The notes below the pieces were generated by a model. The model was given only the letters and a program-made list of their open reading frames with translations. It searched no databases and had not been told where the DNA came from. Shown piece by piece: positions 1-8,757 of a DNA stretch of 45,725 nucleotides (position 1 is its first letter; each line of letters begins with the position of its first letter). Location of the stretch: positions 1 to 45,725 of the forward strand of contig JAVEES010000367.1 in assembly GCA_030840285.1 (NCBI GenBank). The letters run 5' to 3'. This stretch comes from Pseudonocardiales bacterium (GTDB lineage: Bacteria; Actinomycetota; Actinomycetes; Mycobacteriales; Jatrophihabitantaceae). Position numbers and translations under genes: made by a program.

Positions 1-2150
1 CGCAATTCGGCATCCAGAGATATCAAGGCGCGCTTGGTCAGGTGATGGTCCAGATCGGTCACTACCGCAGCGGTATGCGGCAGGTCTGCACAGGCTGCGA
101 AAGCCGCGCCGCCCTTGTAGTCGATGAGAACGAAGGACAGCGCGTCAGGAGGCAGGTTGGCGGCGAGACCTGTCACCAGCGAGCGCAGCAGTTCTGACTT
201 TCCCGAACCCGTACTGCCCGCGATGAGAACGTGTGGCCCGTCGGCGATCAGGTCAATCGACAGGGGACCCGAGGCGGTCACACCGATGGGAACACACGGT
301 GCGGTCGCAGCAGCCCACTTGTCGAGCAAGACCTGCGGATCGTAGTCGGCCAGCTTGAGCAGATCGGTGAGCCTGACTCGATCGGGCAACCGGCTGGCGG
401 CATCGGCTTCAGCGTCTCGCAAGGGCGCGAGCCCGCGGGACAGGCGATCGGCAAAGTGGGATGAGACACGGTCTGCGGTGATGGAACCGGAAACGGGGGC
501 ACCCGCACCGACTATCTGCAGCCTGTTGCCCGAATCTGCGTTGTACTGTGCGATCGTGCGGCAGGCACTCGGAAGCGCGCGCGGATTGTCGTCCACGCAG
601 ATCGCTGTGATGCCGACCGCAGGGCCGTTCTCCAGCAGTGATGCCATCCCGGGTAGTGCGGCGAACGATCGGCTGGGATCGGCGATGACCAATGTCCATG
701 GGCCCGGCCAGCCTGCCTGGTCCCGCCGGAGGAGCGCCGATCGTCTCGCAATCTCATCGTTCAATTCGCCGATGAGTTCTCGATATTCCTCATCGCCGGT
801 GGCAACCCGATGGCACGAGGGTAACCACCGAAGCCATCGCCAGGCCTCGTGCGCTGCGCCAACCAACAGCTGTACCTCGACGTCCTGCGGCGAGTGCAGT
901 GCAACCACCTGGCAAGCAATCCAGCGCGCGCTGCCGCCGACAAGGCGCGATGGGCCAGCGAGACCAAGCGGCCCCATAGTCAGGCGGAAGGTGGCCGGCA
1001 ACGCCGATTGGACCGGCGGCGTAAGGTCAGTGCCCGCGCGACGGCCGTGGCAGCGGGCGGGTTGATCGGCCAGTCCCAGCCCGACCTCCAAGAAGTCTGG
1101 ATCGGTCCGACGCCGTTCCCATAGCCGGCAGTTCCTGCTGGATACCGCTTGGGCGATGGCTGCGGGATCGGCAAACTGATAGCGGCGATGCGCTACCTCG
1201 TCCGCAACAGCGGCCAGCAGTCTGGTCTGGGCGCCAGACTCAGCGATCTTGACTTTCAGCTTCTCGGCACGGCTCGAACGCCGCCAGGTCCAGCGATCTG
1301 AGGCTGCCGTCGAGAGCACGGTAATGGGCGTCAGCAGGGCGAAGGCAAGCAGCTGAGCGTTGTGCATCACCGCGGCGAGGCCGACGGATAGCAGAGTGGG
1401 CAGTAGGACTGCCATCAGCGCCAGGCCCGGGCGCGGCTGGTCGGAGGTAGAGGGCGGAAAGTCGATGACTGTTTCGGCTTTGCCGCGCAGGATTCGACTG
1501 GCACGGTATACCGATACCAGGCCGTCAGGGTCATGACGCGTGGTAGCCGGCGGCTCAGCGGCACCGACTACCAGTAGCGTGCTGCTGCCGATATTCAGGA
1601 AGTCGCCGATCGGCATGGCCGCCTCACGACCTCCGATGCGCTCGCCGGCAACGGCCGTTCCGTTGGTCGAGTCCAGATCGCGCACCCAAATGCCGTCGTA
1701 GTCGACCCGCACCTCGGCGTGTACCCGTGAGATGTCAGCGTCGTGCAGCACGATATCTGCGCCGCCAGAACGACCGATGGTCGTCGAGCCCCGAGGCAGG
1801 TCCACCACGTGGCCCGCGTCCGGGCCGCCGACGACCCGAAGCTGAAGGGCAGATGCAAGCACGGGATCCCTTGACCCCGTTCGGCCGATGGTCAGCCGGA
1901 CACCAGACACCAGTTCCGCTGCCCCGATCAGCGCCGATGATGGCAAGGGCCGACCTCCGACACTGATGGTGGCGTCGAGTTGTGCACCCAATGCAGAGCG
2001 CATCATCGGTGCCACCTCGGTCAGGCAGGACGCCTGGGGCGCGCGTAGCTCGACGTCGATCTCGGAGCCACCGCGGTCAGCATCACCACGGGCGGCGTGG
2101 AGGGTCAGTCGGATACGCATGCCGGAAGTGTGTGCCGTCGAAGGGAGCAT
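1..2150 (-). CDS. FHA-domain FtsK/SpoIIIE ATPase (EssC/EccC-like type VII secretion ATPase); 3' end runs off the window
   Basis: Manual translation (not in the ORF track) is open from ATG 2150 (alternative 2120) to the edge. It has an FHA domain (LRVVGGPDAG...IGRS...DISRVHA...DLDSTNGT), a TM pair (LALMAVLLPTLLSVGLAAVM/LLAFALLTPITVL), WRWLRWLP, then DGPHVLIAGSTGSGKSELL and FVLIDYKGG typical of EccC/EssC ATPase domain 1. Confidence 0.9.
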   Translation of the reverse strand, partial: MLPSTAHTSGMRIRLTLHAARGDADRGGSEIDVELRAPQASCLTEVAPMMRSALGAQLDATISVGGRPLPSSALIGAAELVSGVRLTIGRTGSRDPVLASALQLRVVGGPDAGHVVDLPRGSTTIGRSGGADIVLHDADISRVHAEVRVDYDGIWVRDLDSTNGTAVAGERIGGREAAMPIGDFLNIGSSTLLVVGAAEPPATTRHDPDGLVSVYRASRILRGKAETVIDFPPSTSDQPRPGLALMAVLLPTLLSVGLAAVMHNAQLLAFALLTPITVLSTAASDRWTWRRSSRAEKLKVKIAESGAQTRLLAAVADEVAHRRYQFADPAAIAQAVSSRNCRLWERRRTDPDFLEVGLGLADQPARCHGRRAGTDLTPPVQSALPATFRLTMGPLGLAGPSRLVGGSARWIACQVVALHSPQDVEVQLLVGAAHEAWRWLRWLPSCHRVATGDEEYRELIGELNDEIARRSALLRRDQAGWPGPWTLVIADPSRSFAALPGMASLLENGPAVGITAICVDDNPRALPSACRTIAQYNADSGNRLQIVGAGAPVSGSITADRVSSHFADRLSRGLAPLRDAEADAASRLPDRVRLTDLLKLADYDPQVLLDKWAAATAPCVPIGVTASGPLSIDLIADGPHVLIAGSTGSGKSELLRSLVTGLAANLPPDALSFVLIDYKGGAAFAACADLPHTAAVVTDLDHHLTKRALISLDAEL

Positions 2151-2170
2151 CTGAGCTGATATCTCGAATC

Positions 2171-2207
2171 TGTGGATAACCCTCCACCAGGCGCGGGGTT
2201 ATCCACA
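2171..2207. promoter_or_regulatory. Inverted pair of perfect DnaA boxes in the FtsK/WXG100 divergent intergenic region
   Basis: TGTGGATAA at 2171-2179 and TTATCCACA at 2199-2207, within a 12-bp inverted repeat (TGTGGATAACCC-13 nt-GGGTTATCCACA). Confidence 0.6.
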
Positions 2208-2294
2208 TCCCCCTGCGGCGAACCTCAAGATGCGCATACGGTGTGCCCTCCACAACGGACGCAGCCGCGTCGCGGTCACGAGAGGAAAGAACTA

Positions 2295-2591
2295 ATGAGC
2301 ACAGGCTTGAAGGTCACTCCGCAGCAATTGAGCGTCTTGGGCGGCAGCTGTAATCGCACCGCGACCGAGGTACGAGGACAGCACTCCGGTCTGAAGGCTC
2401 AGCTCACGCCGCTCTTCGGCGCGGACTGGTCCGGCGCTGCCGCGACTCAGTTCGCGGGGCTGTACGAACAGTTCAACAGGAATGCCGAGGGCATGGCGGG
2501 GGCGCTCGATGGTATTGGCAGGCTGCTGTCCCAAGCGGGATCGAGCTATGCGGCCGTCGAACAGCAGATCGCCTCGAGCTTCCGTTCCTGA
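2295..2591 (+). CDS. WXG100 (ESAT-6/EsxA-like) type VII secretion substrate, 98 aa
   Basis: RBS GAGAGGAAAG before ATG 2295; central WSG motif (GADWSGAAA); C-terminal YxxxE signal (YAAVE); about 100 aa and helical. Confidence 0.92.
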   Translation: MSTGLKVTPQQLSVLGGSCNRTATEVRGQHSGLKAQLTPLFGADWSGAAATQFAGLYEQFNRNAEGMAGALDGIGRLLSQAGSSYAAVEQQIASSFRS

Positions 2592-2639
2592 GGGGACGGC
2601 CGTGCCAGCAACGCCCAGCATCATCGGTAGCCTTCGAAC

Positions 2640-3209
2640 ATGGCGGATCGGGACGTGCTGACGGCCGTGGAGGCTGCCTACCTGCAGCATTTCGAGGTGG
2701 CCCCGGATCGAGCGTCTGTCTCCTTCCTGGGTGTTGAGCCGATCGAGATCCTGCGATACGCCGACGGCGGTATCGATCACTTCCTCAGCCTGGGTATGTC
2801 GCGCCATGCGATGGTCGATCCAGCATTGGCCGTTATCGATTCGGAGTCGCCACGCGGCGAACTGATGCTGAGCGCCCGTACGCCACCCGGCGATCTCTGG
2901 AAAAGCGTGGCGATTCTAGCCGCGGCCCCTGCGGTCGAGGGAGTGGTCTACGCCGTCGGAAACCGGATCGATCTGGGACAGCCGCTCGTCGCGGGCTCCC
3001 GCTGCACCGGTGGAATTCTCCAGCGGTCGGCGCTTCGACCCGTGAACGTCGCCGGACTTTCTGACGTCTTGGTCTTCCAGGTATTGCCGGCCACCGCGAA
3101 TGAGCTGGCGTGGGCGAGGATCCATGGAACCGACTCGCTAGTGGCGCGATGGAAGCAGGCGGCCACGGAGTTGACAGATCTCATGCGCGAGTCCGTTCGC
3201 CTGATTTGA
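2640..3209 (+). CDS. Suppressor-of-fused (SUFU) domain protein
   Basis: ASVSFLGVEPIEILR, SLGMSRHAMVDP and LPATANELAWAR resemble the conserved actinobacterial SUFU family; TAGCCT lies 6 nt before the ATG. Confidence 0.8.
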   Translation: MADRDVLTAVEAAYLQHFEVAPDRASVSFLGVEPIEILRYADGGIDHFLSLGMSRHAMVDPALAVIDSESPRGELMLSARTPPGDLWKSVAILAAAPAVEGVVYAVGNRIDLGQPLVAGSRCTGGILQRSALRPVNVAGLSDVLVFQVLPATANELAWARIHGTDSLVARWKQAATELTDLMRESVRLI

Positions 3210-3345
3210 CCAGGGAGTCGGAAGTCGCGGCGGTGAGGTGTGGCGTAGGTGCGTCCGTCCGGCCGGGCGGCCCGGCAACCTAGGCGTTAGGTCACATTCT
3301 GCCGCGCCTGCATGAACGGTTGAGGCAGGATCGCCAGTCAGTGGC

Positions 3346-3357
3346 TACTGGCTGGTA
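3346..3357. promoter_or_regulatory. Putative FasR-type TetR operator (TAC-N6-GTA) upstream of the MaoC gene
   Basis: TACTGGCTGGTA; its reverse complement TACCAGCCAGTA matches the 14461-14472 site at 11 of 12 positions. Confidence 0.45.
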
Positions 3358-3376
3358 AGCCGGAGAGGAGTATGGC

Positions 3377-3880
3377 GTGCAGTTCGGACGAAGCTACGAG
3401 GAGTTCGAGGTCGGGGCTATTTACAAGCACTGGCCGGGCAAGACCATCACCGAGGCAGATGACCACCTGTTCTGCCTGATAACCATGAACCATCACCCGC
3501 TGCACCTCGATATCAATTACGCCGAACAGACGACACAGTTCGGCAAGAACGTTGTTGTCGGCAACCTCATCTATTCAGTGCTGCTCGGTCAGTCGGTGGC
3601 CGATATCTCTGGCAAGGCGATCGCCAACCTAGAGATCGAGTCCCTCAAGCATGTGGCTCCTACCTTTCACGGAGACACCATCTACGGCGAGACGACGGTG
3701 CTCGACAAGTGGGAGTCGACCTCAAAGGATGACCGCGGCATCGTCTATGTGGAGACCAAGGGTTACAAGCAGGACGGCACCGTGGTGTGCACCTTCCGCC
3801 GCAAGGTGATGGTGCCCAAGAACAAGTACCTCGAAAGCCGTGGCGGGGAACAGCCCGGAAGGCCCATTCCCACGAGTTGA
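3377..3880 (+). CDS. MaoC-family (hotdog-fold) acyl-CoA dehydratase
   Basis: GRSYEEFEVG, TMNHHPLHLD and PTFHGDTIY motifs; RBS GAGAGGAG. Confidence 0.9.
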   Translation: MQFGRSYEEFEVGAIYKHWPGKTITEADDHLFCLITMNHHPLHLDINYAEQTTQFGKNVVVGNLIYSVLLGQSVADISGKAIANLEIESLKHVAPTFHGDTIYGETTVLDKWESTSKDDRGIVYVETKGYKQDGTVVCTFRRKVMVPKNKYLESRGGEQPGRPIPTS

Positions 3881-3948
3881 GCGGCCGCCGTAACCACCGG
3901 ACACCCGCCTGGATTGACGAAACCTCGTGAGCCGGGCACCTTTGGCTG

Positions 3949-4584
3949 GTGGGAACCTCCTGGTGTCCGCGTTGTGGCATGGATCTGCGTGCCCCGAACG
4001 CTTTCAGCAGCGCCTGGCGGTGCGCGACGCACGGCGATGTCCTGCCGCTACGGTCCTTCCATCGCCTCGACAGCGCCGGTCTTGACCACGTCCGTCGGGA
4101 GGCAGACGTACCGGTGTGGTTCCCGGACCCGCTCCCACTGGGCTGGATGCTCAGTGGCATCGGGGCCGTGGGCGACGCTCGCAGCCGGTTCCGGGCGACT
4201 GCAATGGCTTTTCGTGGGCCGGCCCCGCTCGGTGGTGAGGGGGAGTGGCTCTTCGTCGCCGAGGAACCGGAGATCGGTCTTGGCGGCAGTTACGCCGGCG
4301 CCACCGAGCTGCCGAGCGCGCTCCCGCCGCCGGGCCCAGCCCCGGCCAAGATTCATGCCCACGGCCATCCGACGTCCCTCTGGCCGCTGCCGAGTTATGA
4401 CGACGAGCGCAGCGTCTACGTCGGCGAGGCGGGCGGAGTCTGGCTGTGGCTGGTGAGCTTTCCGGCGGACGCCGGGTATGCGGTTCTGGAAGATCTGACC
4501 CTGAGCGACGCCCGGACCGGTTCGACACCGATCCTTCCGGTCGGCGAACCCTCGGAGCGCCTGCGTCCTACAACCCCCGAATAA
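3949..4584 (+). CDS. DUF6758-family protein with N-terminal Zn-ribbon
   Basis: CPRCG...WRCATHG, PVWFPDPLPLGW, VAEEPEIGLG and YVGEAGGVWLW; syntenic with SUFU and PHP genes in actinomycetes. Confidence 0.75.
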   Translation: MGTSWCPRCGMDLRAPNAFSSAWRCATHGDVLPLRSFHRLDSAGLDHVRREADVPVWFPDPLPLGWMLSGIGAVGDARSRFRATAMAFRGPAPLGGEGEWLFVAEEPEIGLGGSYAGATELPSALPPPGPAPAKIHAHGHPTSLWPLPSYDDERSVYVGEAGGVWLWLVSFPADAGYAVLEDLTLSDARTGSTPILPVGEPSERLRPTTPE

Positions 4585-4723
4585 CCGCCGGCGCGACAAC
4601 CCCGACCCGCTTCGGCACGGGCAGGCGCGCCTCCGCCGATTCGAGCGACGGGTCAGGTAGACATGATCAAGACCTGTGGTTGAGGCGTATGCGACCATGC
4701 GCAGAACGGATCAAGGAGAACCC

Positions 4724-4879
4724 GTGAACGGAAAGAAGATCGCGACAATTCTCGTGATCCTGTTCGTGGTGTTCTTTATCGTCAACTCACCGAAGGACGC
4801 CGCGGACATCGTGAAGTCGGCGCAGCACATCCTCGCGCACGGCTTCCAGAGCGTGTCCGAGTTCATCAAGAACCTCTAG
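4724..4879 (+). CDS. Small membrane protein (51 aa)
   Basis: Strong RBS AAGGAG before GTG; MNGKKIATILVILFVVFFIVNSPKDAADIV is a TM helix followed by an amphipathic helix; precedes the PH-domain gene. Confidence 0.75.
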   Translation: MNGKKIATILVILFVVFFIVNSPKDAADIVKSAQHILAHGFQSVSEFIKNL

Positions 4880-4903
4880 GCTCGGCGTGAGCAGGTAGCA
4901 AAC

Positions 4904-5479
4904 GTGAGCGACCTGGACCGCTATCTCATTCCGACCGAAGTCCTCGAGGTCGTCGTGCGCCGGCACTGGGCAAGTCAGGTACGCCACGCGCTCATTTTCA
5001 CCGGACTGGTGTTCCTGTCACTGTTCGTTCTGGCGTACCTGCCCACTGGTTCCGCCGCCTCGCTGGGCGGGGGTCTGCTACTACTGGGGTCGGCCGGCTG
5101 GTTCAGCTGGATGGTCCTGGATTGGCGGGTTGAGCGCTTCATCATCACCGACAAACGCGTGCTATTGATTACTGGCCTGCTCACCAAACGGGTGGCGATC
5201 ATGCCGCTGAGCAAGGTAACGGACCTCACCTTCGAGCGGTCGGTTCCCGGACGGATACTCGGCTACGGCGTCTTCGTGATGGAATCCGCCGGCCAGCAGC
5301 AGGCCTTGAGCCGCATCGATTACCTGCCGACCCCCGATGAGCTGTATCAGCAGGTCTCAGCCTTGCTGTTCGGTCCTCGCACCCGCTTGCCCGGCCCGTC
5401 GGACCGCCTGGCGCAGGCACGAACCGGACGGCTACCGCTGCCCGAGCAGTCGACGACGCCCCTTCCGCGTATCCGGTGA
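4904..5479 (+). CDS. Bacterial PH-domain (bPH_2) membrane protein
   Basis: Two TM helices, then FIITDKRVLLITGLL...LSKVTDLTFERSVPGRILGYG...ESAG. Confidence 0.85.
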   Translation: MSDLDRYLIPTEVLEVVVRRHWASQVRHALIFTGLVFLSLFVLAYLPTGSAASLGGGLLLLGSAGWFSWMVLDWRVERFIITDKRVLLITGLLTKRVAIMPLSKVTDLTFERSVPGRILGYGVFVMESAGQQQALSRIDYLPTPDELYQQVSALLFGPRTRLPGPSDRLAQARTGRLPLPEQSTTPLPRIR

Positions 5480-5519
5480 GCCGGCACGCATTGCGGGCCC
5501 GCTTTCGTAGGCTGGCACG

Positions 5520-6392
5520 ATGATCGATCTGCACACGCATTCGACGACCAGCGACGGGACCGATACACCCGGCGAGCTGATCGTCAATGCTGTGAAAGCC
5601 GGGATTCACACACTGGCGCTCACCGATCATGACACCGCCGCCGGCTGGGATGCCGCCTCGGAGGCGGTTCGGGCACTCTCCGTGCCCTTCACCCTGATTC
5701 GCGGCACTGAGTTCTCGTGCGTCTACTACACCGCCGAGGGAACCAGGATCGGTCTGCACCTGCTCGGCTACCTCTATGACCCGACCGCGCCGGAGCTCAA
5801 GGCCGAGCGAGCCCGGCTCCGAGAGAACCGGCTGGGTCGGGGGGAGAGGATCGTGAGCAACCTCGCCAACGCGGGTTATCCGATCGACTGGCAGCAGGTC
5901 ACCGAGATCGCGGCGGGCGGGGTGGTAGGCCGGCCGCATATCGGCCAAGCCCTGGTCGCGTCCGGCGTGGTGCCCAGCGTCAACGAGGCATTCGCCGAAC
6001 TGCTGCACAACCGGTCCCCTTATTACGTGCCCAAGGAGGACATGGCGGTGCGCGAGGCGATCGGACTGATTCGGCGCGCAGGCGGTGTCCCGGTCATTGC
6101 CCATCCGTGGGCACGCAAGCGCGGCAAGATCCTTTCCGAGCAGGCGCTGAGCGAGCTGGGGGAAGCGGGGCTGCTCGGTATCGAGGTGGATCATCCCGAT
6201 CACGTGCCAGAAGACCGTCACAGGCTGGCTCAGATCGCCGGCGAGCTGGGCCTGCTGACAACCGGTTCCTCGGACTACCACGGAACGAACAAGGCCGTCC
6301 CGCTCGGGGCCGAACGCACCCGGCCCGAGGAACTGGAACGGCTGATCGAGCAGGCCGCCGGGATCGAACCGATTCGCTCCGCCGCGCGTTGA
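5520..6392 (+). CDS. PHP-domain phosphoesterase (TrpH/YciV-like)
   Basis: IDLHTHSTTSDG, LTDHDT, GRPHIG, IAHP and GSSDYHG metal-binding motifs. Confidence 0.92.
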   Translation: MIDLHTHSTTSDGTDTPGELIVNAVKAGIHTLALTDHDTAAGWDAASEAVRALSVPFTLIRGTEFSCVYYTAEGTRIGLHLLGYLYDPTAPELKAERARLRENRLGRGERIVSNLANAGYPIDWQQVTEIAAGGVVGRPHIGQALVASGVVPSVNEAFAELLHNRSPYYVPKEDMAVREAIGLIRRAGGVPVIAHPWARKRGKILSEQALSELGEAGLLGIEVDHPDHVPEDRHRLAQIAGELGLLTTGSSDYHGTNKAVPLGAERTRPEELERLIEQAAGIEPIRSAAR

Positions 6393-6421
6393 GCTGGCGT
6401 ACGTCCCACTACCGTGAGGTC

Positions 6422-7762
6422 ATGATGCCTGTCCGAAGGATGCTCGCCGGATTACTGTGCGCGCTCGCCCTGCCGCTGCTGTCGTTGGGCATCGCCACGC
6501 CCGCATCCGCGGCGCCGGCCGACGATGCGATCGCATCCCTGAACAGCGATCCGCTCTATGTCGCTCCGGATCTGGGCGATATCAAGGTGAGTTCACCTGA
6601 CAGCGCCCGCGCCGCGTTGCAGGGCACGAACGTCAAGGTCGCGGTATTCAAGGCGGGTTCTGGCGACCCGGTCAGCCTGGCACGGACCATCGGCCAAGGC
6701 CTCAACAATCAGAATGTCACGGTTGGCGTCTTCGTCGGGACTTCCTATGGCGCTGGTTCCCACGTGCTCGGCAACGGATGCGCAGCCGTCGCCATGAGCC
6801 GCGCGGTCAGCGAGAACCGTACTCAGTTGACGCAGACCCGGGATCTGACCGCAACGATCGAGAGGTTCGCGTCGTTGGCTGCCAGTGCTCCCACCGGCAA
6901 GAGCTGCACGAGCAGCGGATCATCGGGGACTGGATCATCCGGCGGCGGCTCAACCAGCTCGAATGGATCCTCCGGCACCAGTGGCTGGGCGATTCTCGGC
7001 ATCTTCGGCGTGCTCGGTGCCGGTGGTGTCGGCGCGTTGATCTGGCGGCGCAAGCGCAAGGACAGGCAAGCCCTCGCCGCCGCGCGGGCAGAGATCCAGC
7101 CACACTACGATCGGCTTGCGAACGAGGTGAACACGCTGTTTCCCGGCGACAACGCCGTGGCCAAGCAGGCGATGTCCGACGCGGCCGAGCGATTCAACTC
7201 CGGTGGCTCCCAGTTGGCCGGCGCGACCACGATCGCCCAGCTCGGTGGCGCGCGTCGTTCCATACTCGAAGGCTTGCAGGCAGCCCGGACGGCGCGGGTG
7301 GCGCTGGGACTCGATCCAGGCGCGGACATCCCGCCGCTGGCTCAGACCAGCGCCCCTCAACTGGCCGAAGCGCAGCAGTTCAACGTCAACGGCCAGAGCG
7401 TGCAGGGCTATCCGCAGTATCAGCCCGGCGCGCCCTACTACTTCGCCGGTGGCGGTGGCTATGCCGGCGGCTGGTACTCAATGCCCTTCTGGCAGACGCT
7501 GCTCATCGCCGAGGCCCTCTCGCCCGGCTGGGGCTGGGGCTTCGGCGGGCTCGGCGGCTACGGTTACGGATCCGGTTACGACAGTGGCTTCGGTTCCGGC
7601 TACGAAGAGGGCCGGGAGTCCGCCGCGCAGGACAGCGGAGGCGGCGCGGGTTCCGGCGGCGACTGGGGTTCCGGCGGCGACTGGGGCGGCGGTGGCGGCG
7701 ACTGGGGCGGTGGCGGCGGCGACTGGGGCGGCGGCGGGGATTCTGGCGGCGGCGACTGGTGA
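6422..7762 (+). CDS. Exported/membrane protein with signal peptide, single TM helix and Gly-rich GGDWG tail
   Basis: Signal peptide ending ...ATPASAAPA, Ser/Gly linker, TM (WAILGIFGVLGAGGVGALIW) followed by RRKRK, cytoplasmic helical region, YYFAGGGGYAGGWYSMPFW and (GGDWG)n; start chosen from TACCGT-N6-ATG. Confidence 0.75.
   Translation: MMPVRRMLAGLLCALALPLLSLGIATPASAAPADDAIASLNSDPLYVAPDLGDIKVSSPDSARAALQGTNVKVAVFKAGSGDPVSLARTIGQGLNNQNVTVGVFVGTSYGAGSHVLGNGCAAVAMSRAVSENRTQLTQTRDLTATIERFASLAASAPTGKSCTSSGSSGTGSSGGGSTSSNGSSGTSGWAILGIFGVLGAGGVGALIWRRKRKDRQALAAARAEIQPHYDRLANEVNTLFPGDNAVAKQAMSDAAERFNSGGSQLAGATTIAQLGGARRSILEGLQAARTARVALGLDPGADIPPLAQTSAPQLAEAQQFNVNGQSVQGYPQYQPGAPYYFAGGGGYAGGWYSMPFWQTLLIAEALSPGWGWGFGGLGGYGYGSGYDSGFGSGYEEGRESAAQDSGGGAGSGGDWGSGGDWGGGGGDWGGGGGDWGGGGDSGGGDW
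7651..7759 (+). repeat. Coding GGCGGCGACTGG repeats encoding the GGDWG tail
   Basis: Five GGCGACTGG units spaced 18-21 nt apart (last spacing longer). Confidence 0.7.
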
Positions 7763-7796
7763 TGAACCGTCGTACCTGCCTGGCAGTCTGAGCCGC

Positions 7797-8672
7797 ATGC
7801 CGATGTCGCAACACGCCGAACAGTTGGAGCTTTCGGGATTGCCGCGGCCGCTCTTCGCCGCCACGCCGTCAAAGCTCACAACCTTCGATTGTCCGCGCAG
7901 ATACCGGATGACCTATCTCGATCGGCCCACCCCGCCGAAGGGACCGCCGTGGGCGCACAACACGGTAGGCGCGGCAGTGCACGTGTCGCTGGCCCGTTGG
8001 TGGCAACTGTCGCCGGAACAGCGCACACCAGAATCCGGTGCGGGGCTCGTCCGGCGGCACTGGCAGTCCGACGGCTTCGCCTCTGCAGATCAGTCGACGG
8101 CGTGGCGCGATCAGGCGGCGGATTGGGTGACTCAGTACCTGCGTGACGAGCAGCAGCGCCATCCCGCTCAGCAAGAGCCGCGCGGTATCGAACGTACGGT
8201 GGCGACCAGGACGTCCATCCTGGCCGTCTCGGGCCGGGCGGACCGGATCGACGAGCGCGACGGCGAGCTCGTCATCGTCGACTACAAGACGGGCAGATCC
8301 AGGCTCGACACCCATGATGCTCGGGGCTCGTTGGCCCTTGCGATCTACGCCCTAGCCGCGGAGCGAACCCTTCGCCAGCGGTGCCGACGGGTTGAGCTGC
8401 ACCACCTGCCCACCGGTGACATAGCCGAGTTCGAACACACCGATCAGTCGCTGGCCCAGCACGTTGAACGAGCTGAGCAGACCGCGACCGACATCACCGC
8501 GGCACTCGACACAGTCGCCGGCGGTGCCGACCCGTCCGAGGTCTTCGAGCCCAATCCTGGTCCGTCCTGCTCTTGGTGCGACTTCCGGCGGCAATGTCCC
8601 GAGGGCCGCGCAGTCTCACCGGACAAGGACAGTTGGGCCGGCCTCGCGACCCTGGATTCAACGCGGTCCTGA
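7797..8672 (+). CDS. RecB-family PD-(D/E)XK nuclease with Fe-S cysteines (Cas4/AddB-like, stand-alone)
   Basis: TPSKLTTFDCPRRY, GRADRID...IVDYKTG and C-terminal CSWCDFRRQCP. Confidence 0.88.
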   Translation: MPMSQHAEQLELSGLPRPLFAATPSKLTTFDCPRRYRMTYLDRPTPPKGPPWAHNTVGAAVHVSLARWWQLSPEQRTPESGAGLVRRHWQSDGFASADQSTAWRDQAADWVTQYLRDEQQRHPAQQEPRGIERTVATRTSILAVSGRADRIDERDGELVIVDYKTGRSRLDTHDARGSLALAIYALAAERTLRQRCRRVELHHLPTGDIAEFEHTDQSLAQHVERAEQTATDITAALDTVAGGADPSEVFEPNPGPSCSWCDFRRQCPEGRAVSPDKDSWAGLATLDSTRS

Positions 8673-8698
8673 CCTCCGCGCGCGGTTCAGCGCCCGCC

Positions 8699-8757
8699 GC
8701 CCTGCCAGAATTTGCCCTGCCGGAAACTACCCAGCCGGAGATTTGCCCTGCCAGAAA
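8699..8757. repeat. Short direct repeats copying the 3' end of the minus-strand hydrolase
   Basis: ATTTGCCCTGCC(A/G)GAAA at 8710-8726 and 8741-8757, plus partial GCCCTGCCAGAA at 8699-8710. Confidence 0.7.

Noticed and set aside
2640-3209. SUFU protein as immunity factor for the adjacent T7SS-like module
   Set aside because: No toxin gene is visible; it resembles the conserved core SUFU gene that accompanies DUF6758/PHP in actinomycetes and has its own -10, so the adjacency may be incidental.
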